Part shown: piece by piece, positions 8,639 through 18,174 of the stretch
How positions within the stretch are numbered: position 1 is the first letter of the stretch
Layout: the number at the start of each line of letters is the position of its first letter
NCBI GenBank assembly: GCA_041666325.1
Contig: JBAYHC010000004.1
Coordinates: 128,929 to 192,928, forward strand
Reading direction: 5' to 3'
DNA: 64,000 nt
Origin: Patescibacteria group bacterium
GTDB lineage: Bacteria > Patescibacteriota > UBA1384 > XYA2-FULL-43-10 > 1-14-0-10-43-13
Made by a program: the position numbers and the translations under genes
The notes under the pieces: generated by a model
What the model was told of the DNA's origin: nothing
The model's database searches: none
What the model saw: the letters and a program-made list of their open reading frames with translations, nothing else

Positions 8639-10924
8639 TTATCCTGGCCATTCGGCGATCATGATGGACTCTGAAAGTGATGGATAAACCTCGCGTAGAT
8701 CCTGCCACACCGCCTCTGTCACAAATGGCATGAAGGGATGAAGCATTACCAGCGTTTCCGACAGAACACTCAAGAGAACTCTTCTGGTGTTGTTGTTCAG
8801 CTCGGCCGTAACATCCTCGCCAAGTTGCCCTTTGGATGCCTCGATATAGACATCGGCAAACGTGTGCCAGAAATAGTCATAGAGAAGTTCGCCGGCAAGT
8901 GAAAATTTAAATTTGTTAAGGTGTTCTGTCACCTTTTTCTTTACTTCCTCATGTTGTTTTAGGATGTCCCTGTCAGCGTCAGTCAACAGTCCACCGTTGA
9001 TTTTTAGATCAGAAACAATCGTTTGACCCAATTCGCCACTCTTTAGATCGCCCTCTGACGCTCGCAACATAACATAGCGAGAGGCGTTCCAAATTTTATT
9101 AGAGAAATTACGAAAACCCTTAATTTTGCCCTCGCCCACAGGTATGTCTTGACCGGGAGTAGATCCCACGGTCAGCGCCATACGGATAGCATCAGTGCCA
9201 TATTTCGGAATCAGGTCGAGCGGATCGAGCGCGTTGCCCAACGATTTGCTCATTTTGCGATTATGCTCGTCTCGAACCAATCCGTGAAAATAAACGGTCT
9301 CAAATGGCGCCTTGCCGGTAAACTCAAGGCCGAACATGATCATCCTCGCTACCCAGAAAAAGATAATGTCATAGGCAGTTTCCATCACAGTTGTTGGGTA
9401 AAAGTAATTGTAGTCACATGTGGTCATGCCCGGAGCATAGGGAAGGGGGTATTCGCACTTTTTGCTATCAATATTGTCGGGCCATCCCAGTGTTGAGAAA
9501 GGCCAGAGACCGGATGAGAACCAAGTATCCAAAACATCGGGGTCCTGCACCCAACCGGCGCCATCAGGCGCTTGCATGCCAACAAAAACTTCCTCCTCTC
9601 CCTTTTCATTTTTCTTATACCAAACAGGAATCTGGTGCCCCCACCAGAGTTGGCGCGAGATACACCAGTCACGAATATTGTCCATCCAGTGAAAATATAT
9701 CTTGTCGAAACGCTCAGGAATAATCTTGATTGTGCCATCTTCCACAACCTTCTTGGCCTTCTCGGCCAAAGGCCTCATCTTAACAAACCACTGCTTGGAC
9801 GGCAGCGGCTCAACTGCACCGCCGCAACGATAACAAACGCTTAGATTATTAAGGTATTCATCCTCTTTTTCGAGCAAATTGTTGCAAGAGAGCCAGGCAA
9901 TCAACTTTTCCTTTGCTTCGGTAACCTTTAGGCCAGTATAATTCTCTCCGGCCTCATCAGTCATACGGCCCTCTTCATTGATAACTTTAATAACCGGAAG
10001 ATCATGTTCCTCTGCCATGCGCCAGTCAACCATAGAGTGAGCAGGTGTGACACCAACAGCGCCGGTACCAAACTTGGCGTCAACAGCCCGATCCGCGACA
10101 ACCTTGATCTGTCGCTTGTTTCCGTCTATCTCAACATCAAAACTTTTACCAATATATCTTTGATAGCGTTTATCTGAAGGATTTACGGCCACGGCCGTAT
10201 CGCCAAGCTTCGTCTCCGGTCTGGTTGTTGCGATAGTAATCGGAAAATTCTTGTCGTATTTGAAATAGTATAGCTTGGATTTTTGTTCAACATGCTCAAC
10301 CTCATCATCGGCGATAGCTGTGTGACACCTTGGGCACCAGTTAACAATATATTCACCTCGATAGATGAGGCCTTTGCCATATAAATCGACAAATGCCCTC
10401 CGAACAGCAAGACTTAAGCCATCATCAAGCGTAAACCGCTCTCTCGACCAATCACAGGAGGCACCGAGACGACGTATCTGAGAGGTAATGATGTCGCCAT
10501 ACTTTCCTTTCCACTCCCAAACCTTCTCGACGAACTTCTCACGACCCAAATCGTTCTTATTTATCCCCTCTTTTCGTAGGGCTTTGTCGACAACGGTCTG
10601 AGTTGCTATACCAGCATGATCAGTGCCCGGCAGCCAAAGTGTTGGCTCTCCAAGGAGGCGATGGTAACGAGCCATAATATCCTCAACTGTCACAACCATG
10701 CCATGGCCCATGTGAAGCTTACCCGTAACGTTGGGTGGGGGCATTGATATCACAAAAGGCTTACCGTTGACTTCGCGATCATAGGCTAGCTGGCCGAGAA
10801 CTTTGCCACTATTGCCTTTCATGTTTATCTCTGGTTTAAAATAGCCGGAGCTTTCCCACTTTTGGTAAATCTTCTCCTCAAATTCCTTCGGCTCCCAGGT
10901 TTTTTCGATTGTTTTCTTTGCCAT
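8639..10924 (-). CDS. valS: Valine--tRNA ligase (short form)
   Basis: PPPNVTGKLHMGH, DHAGIATQ, DWCISRQLWWGH, DVLDTWFSS, KMSKS. Confidence 0.97.
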   Translation of the reverse strand: MAKKTIEKTWEPKEFEEKIYQKWESSGYFKPEINMKGNSGKVLGQLAYDREVNGKPFVISMPPPNVTGKLHMGHGMVVTVEDIMARYHRLLGEPTLWLPGTDHAGIATQTVVDKALRKEGINKNDLGREKFVEKVWEWKGKYGDIITSQIRRLGASCDWSRERFTLDDGLSLAVRRAFVDLYGKGLIYRGEYIVNWCPRCHTAIADDEVEHVEQKSKLYYFKYDKNFPITIATTRPETKLGDTAVAVNPSDKRYQRYIGKSFDVEIDGNKRQIKVVADRAVDAKFGTGAVGVTPAHSMVDWRMAEEHDLPVIKVINEEGRMTDEAGENYTGLKVTEAKEKLIAWLSCNNLLEKEDEYLNNLSVCYRCGGAVEPLPSKQWFVKMRPLAEKAKKVVEDGTIKIIPERFDKIYFHWMDNIRDWCISRQLWWGHQIPVWYKKNEKGEEEVFVGMQAPDGAGWVQDPDVLDTWFSSGLWPFSTLGWPDNIDSKKCEYPLPYAPGMTTCDYNYFYPTTVMETAYDIIFFWVARMIMFGLEFTGKAPFETVYFHGLVRDEHNRKMSKSLGNALDPLDLIPKYGTDAIRMALTVGSTPGQDIPVGEGKIKGFRNFSNKIWNASRYVMLRASEGDLKSGELGQTIVSDLKINGGLLTDADRDILKQHEEVKKKVTEHLNKFKFSLAGELLYDYFWHTFADVYIEASKGQLGEDVTAELNNNTRRVLLSVLSETLVMLHPFMPFVTEAVWQDLREVYPSLSESIMIAEWPG

Positions 10925-10995
10925 AATTAAGCCTTATTTTTGTTAGTGCTATCTGTCCTTGATAATCAAAACTTAGCACAATTACGATCGAATTC

Positions 10996-11113
10996 CTAGT
11001 ACCACCCCATCATAATGATTGTGTATATTTCGCAGTACTAGTGCCGTGAGAATTCAGGGAAAGCGCAGTGGTGTTGACGGCGCGAAGCCTTGCGAAGAGC
11101 GAAGTAGCACTAG
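10996..11113. repeat. Two abutting CTAG-bounded mini inverted-repeat elements
   Basis: CTAGTAC...GTACTAG (10996-11041) and CTAGTGC...GCACTAG (11038-11113) share a CTAG. Confidence 0.45.
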
Positions 11114-11529
11114 GCATCGACCATATTATTACGAACAAATTTTTTGACAGCAGAGAGTGTCTCGTCCTTGAATTGAGCAGGAGAGGCTGCCACCCAGACA
11201 GCAAACTCATATAGCTCCTCGTTTTCGACCTGTATCCATTTCCCGTTTTTGGCCAAGAAGTGGAAGAGGGTCGTGATAGCAATACGCTTGTTTCCATTCT
11301 GAAAGGGGTGGTTTTTGATCATCAAATAAAAAAGGATGGAGGATTGATCGATAATGCCTCGATAAAGCGCACGCTTATTGAAGGTCTGAAAAGGGGCAGC
11401 AAGACAGCTCTCTAAAACATTAGGAAAACGAGAGGTAAAGTCGGGGATTGGCTCATCCCAAGCAAGCAACTTCTTGGCAAGACGATAGGAAATCATCTCA
11501 ACCTCTTGTAAAGAAACCATGAAGATCAT
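11110..11529 (-). CDS. Death-on-curing (Doc/Fic) family toxin
   Basis: Doc motif HPFQNGNKR; LESCLAAPFQTF. Confidence 0.9.
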   Translation of the reverse strand: MIFMVSLQEVEMISYRLAKKLLAWDEPIPDFTSRFPNVLESCLAAPFQTFNKRALYRGIIDQSSILFYLMIKNHPFQNGNKRIAITTLFHFLAKNGKWIQVENEELYEFAVWVAASPAQFKDETLSAVKKFVRNNMVDA

Positions 11530-11780
11530 TCTCGCCCCAGTCTCTTTAGTGCCTCACCGTATTGATCAAAAAGCCGATCAACCGTACGGTTAACAACTTC
11601 TTTTTCAATATGGCTTAAGAATTCATTGGGTACTCCAAGGTCATGAATATTTATAAGGAAACCATGGCCCTTGCGTTTCGCCGGAATCGTGCCATTCTTA
11701 ACCAAGCGAAAGACCTGTGTTCGGTGAAGGCCAAGAATTTGACCGGCTTCTGTTGTGGATACGTATTTTTCTCTCTTCAT
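11526..11780 (-). CDS. Excisionase-like HTH protein, putative antitoxin of the Doc toxin
   Basis: YVSTTEAGQILGLHRTQVFRLVKNGTIPA (HTH_17-like), C-terminal YGEALKRL helix; ATGA overlap with the toxin. Confidence 0.75.
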   Translation of the reverse strand: MKREKYVSTTEAGQILGLHRTQVFRLVKNGTIPAKRKGHGFLINIHDLGVPNEFLSHIEKEVVNRTVDRLFDQYGEALKRLGRE

Positions 11781-12001
11781 AGTAAAATCACTATATCAAA
11801 AGTTGAACGATTAGAGCAATGCAACATGTACAAATGAGGCGGAGAAAGAGCATGATTAATGATTGTGCCAAATTGCGTACATGCGTTGGGTAAGCGCAAT
11901 GATGCAGCAAAACTTAGGAAAACAGGCTCATTTGAGCGTAAGCGAGTCAGACAGGAGAAATCACAAGTATTTAATATAATTGGGCACTATTCGGCTTGGG
12001 A

Positions 12002-13204
12002 TCACAAGGCCATATTTGAGTCGATTGTGACTTGATTCCAGGACTTTACGTCACCTTTGACCGCATGATAATAGCCTGCTAGAGCTATCATGGCGGCATT
12101 GTCGCCGCATAGGTGAATTGGAGGGACGTAGAGATCAGGCTTAATCTCCAGGCTATTTACGGCGTTTGCTAGGCTGTGGCGGAGATGCGTGTTTGCCGCT
12201 ACTCCGCCTGCAAGGATAATAGTTATTGGCTCGTATTTCTGCACGGCTTTCATCGTTTTAGCGACCAAAACATCAACTGCGGCATCCTCAAAGGCAGCTG
12301 CAATGCTAGCCTTGAGGTCAGCACTTAAGTGGCTTTTTTCCCTCACTTCCCGCAACACTGCCGTCTTTAAGCCGGAGAAAGAGAAATTAAATGTTCCATC
12401 ATTAAGCAGTGGCCGCGGAAAACTAACCGCATTCCTGGCCGCGGCTTGGCTAGTCCTGTATTTGCCGGCCAATTTCGAAACTGCGGGCCCTCCGGGGTAA
12501 CCTATACCTAATAGTTTTGCCACTTTATCGAAGGCTTCGCCAGCAGCGTCGTCGAGGGTTTGACCAATAATTTCGTATTTCCCGTGATCTCTCATCAATA
12601 TCAGGGATGTATGGCCACCCGAAACCACCAGCGCAAGGGCAGGGAAGCTGATTTCACGTAGCAGGTAGCATGTATCATGTATCGTGCCTTGTTTGTTTTG
12701 CTCTTTTCGGTTTTGGGCTGTTGGATCCTTACTTTGGATTTTCGATTTCGGATTTTGGATTTCCTCTGCGGCAGCAGAGTATATATGGCCCTCAATGTGA
12801 TGAATTGGAACTATGGGCAAATCGCAGGCATAGGCAAGTGACTTTGCCGCATTAAAGCCAACCAGGAGCGAGCCAATCAATCCTGGGCCAGAAGTAACGG
12901 CAATATGGCTAATTTTGTGGTGCAAAGAATTGATCGCTCCTTGAATATCTGGGTGATCACTGAAACCAGCCTGCAAAAGTGCCTCGGCTACAACCGGCAC
13001 AATTGCTTCCATGTGCGCTCTAGAGGCAACCTCCGGCACGATACCGCCGGTTTTTGCATGCAGGTCAACCTGAGAAGAAACAATGTTCGACAAAATGACA
13101 GGCGGGTTAACGCCATCGCCCGTCACTACTGCGGCTGCGGTCTCGTCGCAAGATGACTCAATTCCCAAAATGATATATTTTTTCTCTGTGTCTATGTGTG
13201 TCAT
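12002..13204 (-). CDS. tsaD: tRNA t6A37 threonylcarbamoyltransferase TsaD (with repeat-derived insertion)
   Basis: LGIESSCDET, GGIVPEVASRAH, HHIEGH, VSGGHT, DDAAGEAFDK, FSFSGLKT, CGDNAAMI. Confidence 0.97.
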   Translation of the reverse strand: MTHIDTEKKYIILGIESSCDETAAAVVTGDGVNPPVILSNIVSSQVDLHAKTGGIVPEVASRAHMEAIVPVVAEALLQAGFSDHPDIQGAINSLHHKISHIAVTSGPGLIGSLLVGFNAAKSLAYACDLPIVPIHHIEGHIYSAAAEEIQNPKSKIQSKDPTAQNRKEQNKQGTIHDTCYLLREISFPALALVVSGGHTSLILMRDHGKYEIIGQTLDDAAGEAFDKVAKLLGIGYPGGPAVSKLAGKYRTSQAAARNAVSFPRPLLNDGTFNFSFSGLKTAVLREVREKSHLSADLKASIAAAFEDAAVDVLVAKTMKAVQKYEPITIILAGGVAANTHLRHSLANAVNSLEIKPDLYVPPIHLCGDNAAMIALAGYYHAVKGDVKSWNQVTIDSNMAL

Positions 13205-13403
13205 AACTTTATGAATTTCATCATGATAGCACCTTTCCCTGTCCGTCTCAAGACGAGACCCGGATTGACAACTTGTCTTGACACGAAACAGAGATCATTT
13301 CCGATAAAGACTGGGTTGCGCGAGCGTCCTGGCAACGATTATTTACACATCGATCCACATCCACGGTTGTTGAATACGCTCTCAAGTGGTAACATATTAA
13401 AAG

Positions 13404-14345
13404 ATGAATAACTCAATCTTCCAAACCGAATCGTGGGCAGAATTTAAACTTTCCACCGGTTACTCGGACAAATACCGGCTGGATGATGTTTTGGTTTTGG
13501 ACAAGAAATTACCACTACTCCGGTCGATGCTTTACTCGCCGATGGTAAGCGCAAGTCAGGAATCGAGGCTTCTAAACCAGGAGTTTATCAGTAGCATCAG
13601 GTCGCTGGCAACAAAAACAAATGCAATCTTTTATCGCCTAGAACTGGGCGTCCCCATCGACGAGATACGAGATACGAGATACGAGATACGAAAGCTCGGC
13701 TTTCGCAAGTCTTTCGAGGAGATGCAGCCCGAGCACACTCTCGTCCTCGACATAAATAATACCGAGGAAGATATTCTTGCCCAGATGAAGCCAAAGGGCA
13801 GATACAATATCAAGATTGCCAGCAAAAACCAAATCGAGATTATGGTCTCAGACAAACCGGGCCAAGAGCTGGACCACTTCTATGAGCTTTACGAAACAAT
13901 GGCAAGGCGCCAAAATATCTCCCGCAGAAACAAAGCATACTTCGAGGCTCTACTTGAAATCATGTCTAGATTGGGGTATATTAGAGTATACAACGCCGTG
14001 GCCACAGTTGAGAACAAGAAGCATGTTTTGGCAGCTGCGATCATTTGCTTCTATGGCGAGCGAGCAACGTATCTCTTCGGCGGTTCAAGCAATGAACACC
14101 GAAATCTCATGGCTCCATATCTTCTCCATTGGCAGATAATCAAAGACGCCAAGCAGATTGGATGTAGCGAATACGACCTTTTCGGTGTTGCGCCGAATGA
14201 CGACGAAAAGCACCCATGGGCTGGTGTAACACGCTTCAAAAACCAATTTGGCGGCAAACGAGTTGATCTTGTCGGCAGTTGGGATCTAGTGTTCAAGCCA
14301 ACTGAATACGAGATATTTAAATTTGTCGAAAAAATTAGACGCTAG
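13404..14345 (+). CDS. FemAB/MurM-family peptidoglycan bridge peptidyltransferase
   Basis: IFQTESWAEFK, MKPKGRYNIK, YLFGGSS...APYLLHW, YDLFG, GVTRFK..FGG. Confidence 0.9.
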   Translation: MNNSIFQTESWAEFKLSTGYSDKYRLDDVLVLDKKLPLLRSMLYSPMVSASQESRLLNQEFISSIRSLATKTNAIFYRLELGVPIDEIRDTRYEIRKLGFRKSFEEMQPEHTLVLDINNTEEDILAQMKPKGRYNIKIASKNQIEIMVSDKPGQELDHFYELYETMARRQNISRRNKAYFEALLEIMSRLGYIRVYNAVATVENKKHVLAAAIICFYGERATYLFGGSSNEHRNLMAPYLLHWQIIKDAKQIGCSEYDLFGVAPNDDEKHPWAGVTRFKNQFGGKRVDLVGSWDLVFKPTEYEIFKFVEKIRR

Positions 14346-14418
14346 ATATGACGAACAGAGACCGGAGCCGAAGATCACTCGCGTCCAACCGCTAGAAATT
14401 AATTGTCAATCCCGAATT

Positions 14419-15747
14419 ATGAAAAGATTTATATCAAAAATTGTCCCACAGTTGACTAAGAACAGGTACCACAAGCTTCAAGCTAATTACGCCCGGTTCC
14501 GCTATGGCAACCCAAGCCGCAAACTTGTTGTCATCGGCGTAACGGGAACAAAGGGAAAAACAACCGTCTGTAACATGATCGCCTCAATTCTTGATGCCAG
14601 CGGCAAGCCTAATGCCATGGAGACAACCATCAACACCAAAATCCTCGACAAGATCACTCCTCATACAACAAAGGCTCGCTGGGTTACTACTCCGCCACCA
14701 TCAGTTGTTCAACAATTCTTGCGCGATGCAAAAAAGGCCGGTTGCGAATACGCCATCCTCGAAGTCACCTCCCAAGCTATCGATCAGTACCGAATCTGGG
14801 GGATTGAGTTCGACGTGCTGGTCTATACCAATCTTTCGCACGATCACCTTGATTATCATCTGACAAAGGAAAAATATCTCGAAGCTAAACTCAAGGTATT
14901 CAGAGATAATCCCAAGGCTAAATTTGTCATCAACCATGATGACAGTTACTGGAATCGCTTTTACTCGCTACCAGCAACAGAGCGGTTCCTGTATTCAATC
15001 AAGCAACCCATGGAACACGGAGCGGTTGCTCGAAAAATCTTGCCGGGCTCAAGCGACATCACCTTTACCGTTGCCCACGACGACGGCCAGATCACAATCA
15101 ACCTGAATCTTCCCGGCCAATTCAATGTCCTAAACTCGCTAGCAGCGTTCTGTGTGGGTCTAGCACTCGAACTGGAACCAGAGAAGATTAAGAAGGGATT
15201 AGAGGACATTAAGCAAATTACGGGCAGGATGGAACCGATCAGAACATCCTCGAAGCAAGACTTCACCGTCATCGTTGATTACGCTCATAACCCAGACTCC
15301 CTCAAGAACGTTTATGAAACGACTCGCGAAAGCATGAAAAAGGCCGGAGGAAGACTTATCGCAGTCCTCGGAGCAACCGGCAGAAGAGACAAGACAAAAA
15401 GACCATTGATGGGCGCACTTGCCGGGCGGTATGCAGACCTAGTTATTTTTACCAACGAAGACCCGTACGACGAAGACCCAAACACAATTATCGAAGAGGT
15501 TGCTGCCGGCATTCACAGGGGAGCACTCAAGAAACACCAGTGGCATCTGGGGCGCAACTACTGGAAGGTGATCGATAGGGCCCAAGCCATTCATCAAGCA
15601 ATCAAAGAAGCACACAAGGGCGATGTCGTCATCATCACCGGGAAGGGTGCCGAAGAGGTCATGGCAGTCGGCCTAGATGAATTTATTCCATTTTCTGACC
15701 GAAGCATCGCCAAGCAAGAGCTCTTGCGACGCTTCCGGGAAGACTAA
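14419..15747 (+). CDS. murE: UDP-MurNAc-tripeptide synthetase MurE
   Basis: GVTGTKGKTT, LEVTSQ, TNLSHDHLDYH, GRME, DYAHNPD; start placed at ATG 14419. Confidence 0.9.
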   Translation: MKRFISKIVPQLTKNRYHKLQANYARFRYGNPSRKLVVIGVTGTKGKTTVCNMIASILDASGKPNAMETTINTKILDKITPHTTKARWVTTPPPSVVQQFLRDAKKAGCEYAILEVTSQAIDQYRIWGIEFDVLVYTNLSHDHLDYHLTKEKYLEAKLKVFRDNPKAKFVINHDDSYWNRFYSLPATERFLYSIKQPMEHGAVARKILPGSSDITFTVAHDDGQITINLNLPGQFNVLNSLAAFCVGLALELEPEKIKKGLEDIKQITGRMEPIRTSSKQDFTVIVDYAHNPDSLKNVYETTRESMKKAGGRLIAVLGATGRRDKTKRPLMGALAGRYADLVIFTNEDPYDEDPNTIIEEVAAGIHRGALKKHQWHLGRNYWKVIDRAQAIHQAIKEAHKGDVVIITGKGAEEVMAVGLDEFIPFSDRSIAKQELLRRFRED

Positions 15748-15872
15748 ACGCCGCCCCTACAAACTTACGAATCACTCGAAATTACCAAATTACGAAACTA
15801 CCAATAACGGTATTTGTATTTTCGTATTTTCGTTTGAATTCGTACTTTGGTAGGGGATTTGGCCACGCGGTC

Positions 15873-15901
15873 TTGACAACAGGCGCCTTTTTTGTTACAA
15901 T
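15873..15901 (+). promoter_or_regulatory. Near-consensus sigma70 promoter
   Basis: TTGACA-17 bp-TACAAT. Confidence 0.7.
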
Positions 15902-15989
15902 GACATAATTTGCCAATCTGGAATCAAAGGTAAATCGATGCTGGCGACCATACCAGACCATAAATGTCAAGTAACAACCTAGGAGGGAA

Positions 15990-16166
15990 ATGTCAAAAAT
16001 CAAAGTTAAAAAAATAGAGGATCCGAATACTGAGGTCCCGATTCATAGCGCCTTCGACCGCATAGAGGCGATCAAGGCCGAGATCTCCGGCTTTACAACA
16101 GCGCCGCACCTTGCCGAGGTAGAGGTCTTTGATATGTGGGGGGACAGCTCAGCAGAGACAAGCTAG
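15990..16166 (+). CDS. Small 58-aa acidic protein of unknown function (below ORF-track cutoff)
   Basis: AGGAGG RBS, upstream promoter, hairpin CTAGCCC..GGGCTAG at the stop; MSKIKVKKIEDPNTEVPIHSAFDRIEAIKAEISGFTTAPHLAEVEVFDMWGDSSAETS. Confidence 0.65.
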   Translation: MSKIKVKKIEDPNTEVPIHSAFDRIEAIKAEISGFTTAPHLAEVEVFDMWGDSSAETS

Positions 16167-16217
16167 CCCACACGAGAGGGCTAGAAACAAAAAACCAACC
16201 CAATGACTAATCTTGCG

Positions 16218-17228
16218 TTATTGATTATCATTCTCGTGTCTGGGTTCTGGGCTAGGAACCTGAAGGTCAACACCAACAGGTTTTTTTGTTTGCAAGGTTT
16301 TGCCATGAAAAGCTTGATGGACTTCGCGCAGGTGCTGATCGGTCACATGGGTATAAACCTGGGTTGTCGTGATTGAAGAGTGACCGAGCAGTGATTGAAC
16401 ACTGCGGATATCAGCACCAGCCATCAAAAGGTCCGTAGCGAATGAGTGACGTAGCGTATGGGGCGAGACATGCTTCAATACTCCAGCCTTTTTAGCACAG
16501 CGCTCAACTATGCGCTGAACTGTTCTGACTGAGATGCGATCATTCTTGGGTGAAATAAAGAGTGGTTCGCTTGTCTTACCGGAGAGTGAACCCTCCTCAG
16601 GTTTCGTGAATCCTCGATTCTTAATGTATTGCTCCAACCACTGTTTGGCCTCGCCCGAGAGGAAAACTACACGCAGCTTTCGACCCTTGCCCAGCACAGC
16701 TATTTCACCACTTTCGAGATTTATATCATCAAGGTCCAAACTTACTAACTCCGATACTCGCATTCCAGTCGAGAAGAGAACCGCCAGGATTGCCCGGTCG
16801 CGCAAGCCCACCAACTTGCTTGTATCGAGTGAATTAAAGATCGAAGAAACTTCTCCTCCCTGTAAAAAATTTATCTCTCGGTCACCAATCTTGGCGAGAG
16901 AAACCTTTTCTGGAGAAAGAGAATTTACGCCTCGAAAAGCGAGGTAGCGCAAAAAAGCACGGAGAGAAATTACGTGATAATTCTGAGTCACTTTCTTTAG
17001 ACCGTGACCGGCGGGCTCCTTGAGCCGATTTACGTACAGCTTGTACTGTCTGACTATCTCCTGGTCAATCATCGACGGCACTAATTGCTCGCCCGACCTC
17101 TGAGTCTTGAGCCACTCGAGAAAACGACCGAGATATCGATCATAATTTTCGATAGTCAGAGCAGACTGGCCTTTGTCTAATTCGCAGTACTCGAGGAACT
17201 CTCTTTTTAGATCGAATAAATCCTTCAT
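16218..17228 (-). CDS. Tyrosine recombinase XerC/XerD-like
   Basis: RDRAIL..LFSTGMRVSEL, GKGRKLR, HTLRHSFAT, LLGHSSITTTQVYTH; start placed at ATG 17228 (MKDLF). Confidence 0.93.
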   Translation of the reverse strand: MKDLFDLKREFLEYCELDKGQSALTIENYDRYLGRFLEWLKTQRSGEQLVPSMIDQEIVRQYKLYVNRLKEPAGHGLKKVTQNYHVISLRAFLRYLAFRGVNSLSPEKVSLAKIGDREINFLQGGEVSSIFNSLDTSKLVGLRDRAILAVLFSTGMRVSELVSLDLDDINLESGEIAVLGKGRKLRVVFLSGEAKQWLEQYIKNRGFTKPEEGSLSGKTSEPLFISPKNDRISVRTVQRIVERCAKKAGVLKHVSPHTLRHSFATDLLMAGADIRSVQSLLGHSSITTTQVYTHVTDQHLREVHQAFHGKTLQTKKPVGVDLQVPSPEPRHENDNQ

Positions 17229-17230
17229 AA

Positions 17231-17382
17231 AAAAGTGCGAAAGTACTAAGTGTGAAAGTACTAAGTGTGAAAGCACCAAGCGTGAAAGTACTAAGTGCCC
17301 CACCCGGGGCCCCTTTGCGGGGTGAAAGGAATCGCATCATTGCGACGCCACTTAGTGCTTAGAACCTTCACACCTTCATGCT
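17231..17382. repeat. 15-mer tandem array (AAAGTACTAAGTGTG) with inserted GC palindrome and degenerate inverted arm
   Basis: About 4 copies at 17231-17297, palindrome 17298-17322, complementary CACTTAGTGCTT/CTTCACAC at ~17349-17382. Confidence 0.8.
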
Positions 17383-17386
17383 ATAT

Positions 17387-17950
17387 TTATGCTTCATATT
17401 TCCAGTATTTTTCGTATGTATGAACAAACCGATAGGCGGCCACACCAGAGAGAATGCCAAGTATGGCGCCAGCAATAGTGTCAGAGGGGTAGTGCAAACC
17501 GGTACCAACTCGCCCGAGAGCAACAAAGATTGCCAATACTAACAAAAAAGCACCCAGCTTCTTGTGGCCATACAAAAAAACACTTGTGGCTATAGCAAAA
17601 ACTATATAAGTGTGGCTAGAAGGAAAGGAGCTAATGCGGCCTTCGGCCAGCTCCCGAACGACGGGATTAATTATTGTCTCGTGCGTTATAAAAGGCCTCG
17701 GACGACGCCAAAACATAAAGATCAAGAGATCGATAAATCCACCCAGGGCCATCGCCGTAAAGGAACAAAGGAATGCGTTGATCCGGCGCATCCAGATGAG
17801 ATAGGTAAAAGAGACCAGAAAAAAGACAATTCCATACTGGGCAAAGAAATAATAGAACTTAAGCCACGCCGCAGACTCCACGCCTCTCTGATACAGAGCT
17901 TCGTAGATGGTGTAGTCATAATATCTGATAATATCAAGATATTTTTCCAT
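17387..17950 (-). CDS. PAP2-family phosphatase (undecaprenyl-PP phosphatase-like)
   Basis: RPRPF, SFPSSH, GRVGTGLHYPSD. Confidence 0.9.
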   Translation of the reverse strand: MEKYLDIIRYYDYTIYEALYQRGVESAAWLKFYYFFAQYGIVFFLVSFTYLIWMRRINAFLCSFTAMALGGFIDLLIFMFWRRPRPFITHETIINPVVRELAEGRISSFPSSHTYIVFAIATSVFLYGHKKLGAFLLVLAIFVALGRVGTGLHYPSDTIAGAILGILSGVAAYRFVHTYEKYWKYEA

Positions 17951-18015
17951 AGGATAATTTTAGCACAAAAAAAGTAGAAGTACTAAGGACACTATCTCAG
18001 CTGCTCGCACCCTTC

Positions 18016-18094
18016 TGTCACCCCGTATCAAGCACGGGATCGATTAAACTCAAAACACTAATTATCTGGATGCTGAATCAAGTTCAGCATGACA
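18016..18094. repeat. REP-like element with TGTCA...TGACA ends
   Basis: TGTCA-CCCCGTATCAAGCACGGG... and GATGCTGAATCAAGTTCAGCATGACA hairpins. Confidence 0.6.
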
Positions 18095-18174
18095 CAATTT
18101 AAGGATACGAGCGAAAGCAGCAACACGCTGTTTGTCCATTTGAACTTTATCGGCCAACAACATATAATGGTTGC

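Noticed and set aside
17229-17303. N-terminal (LVLSH)n extension of the Xer recombinase
   Set aside because: Translation of the intergenic 15-mer repeat; a better ATG exists at 17228
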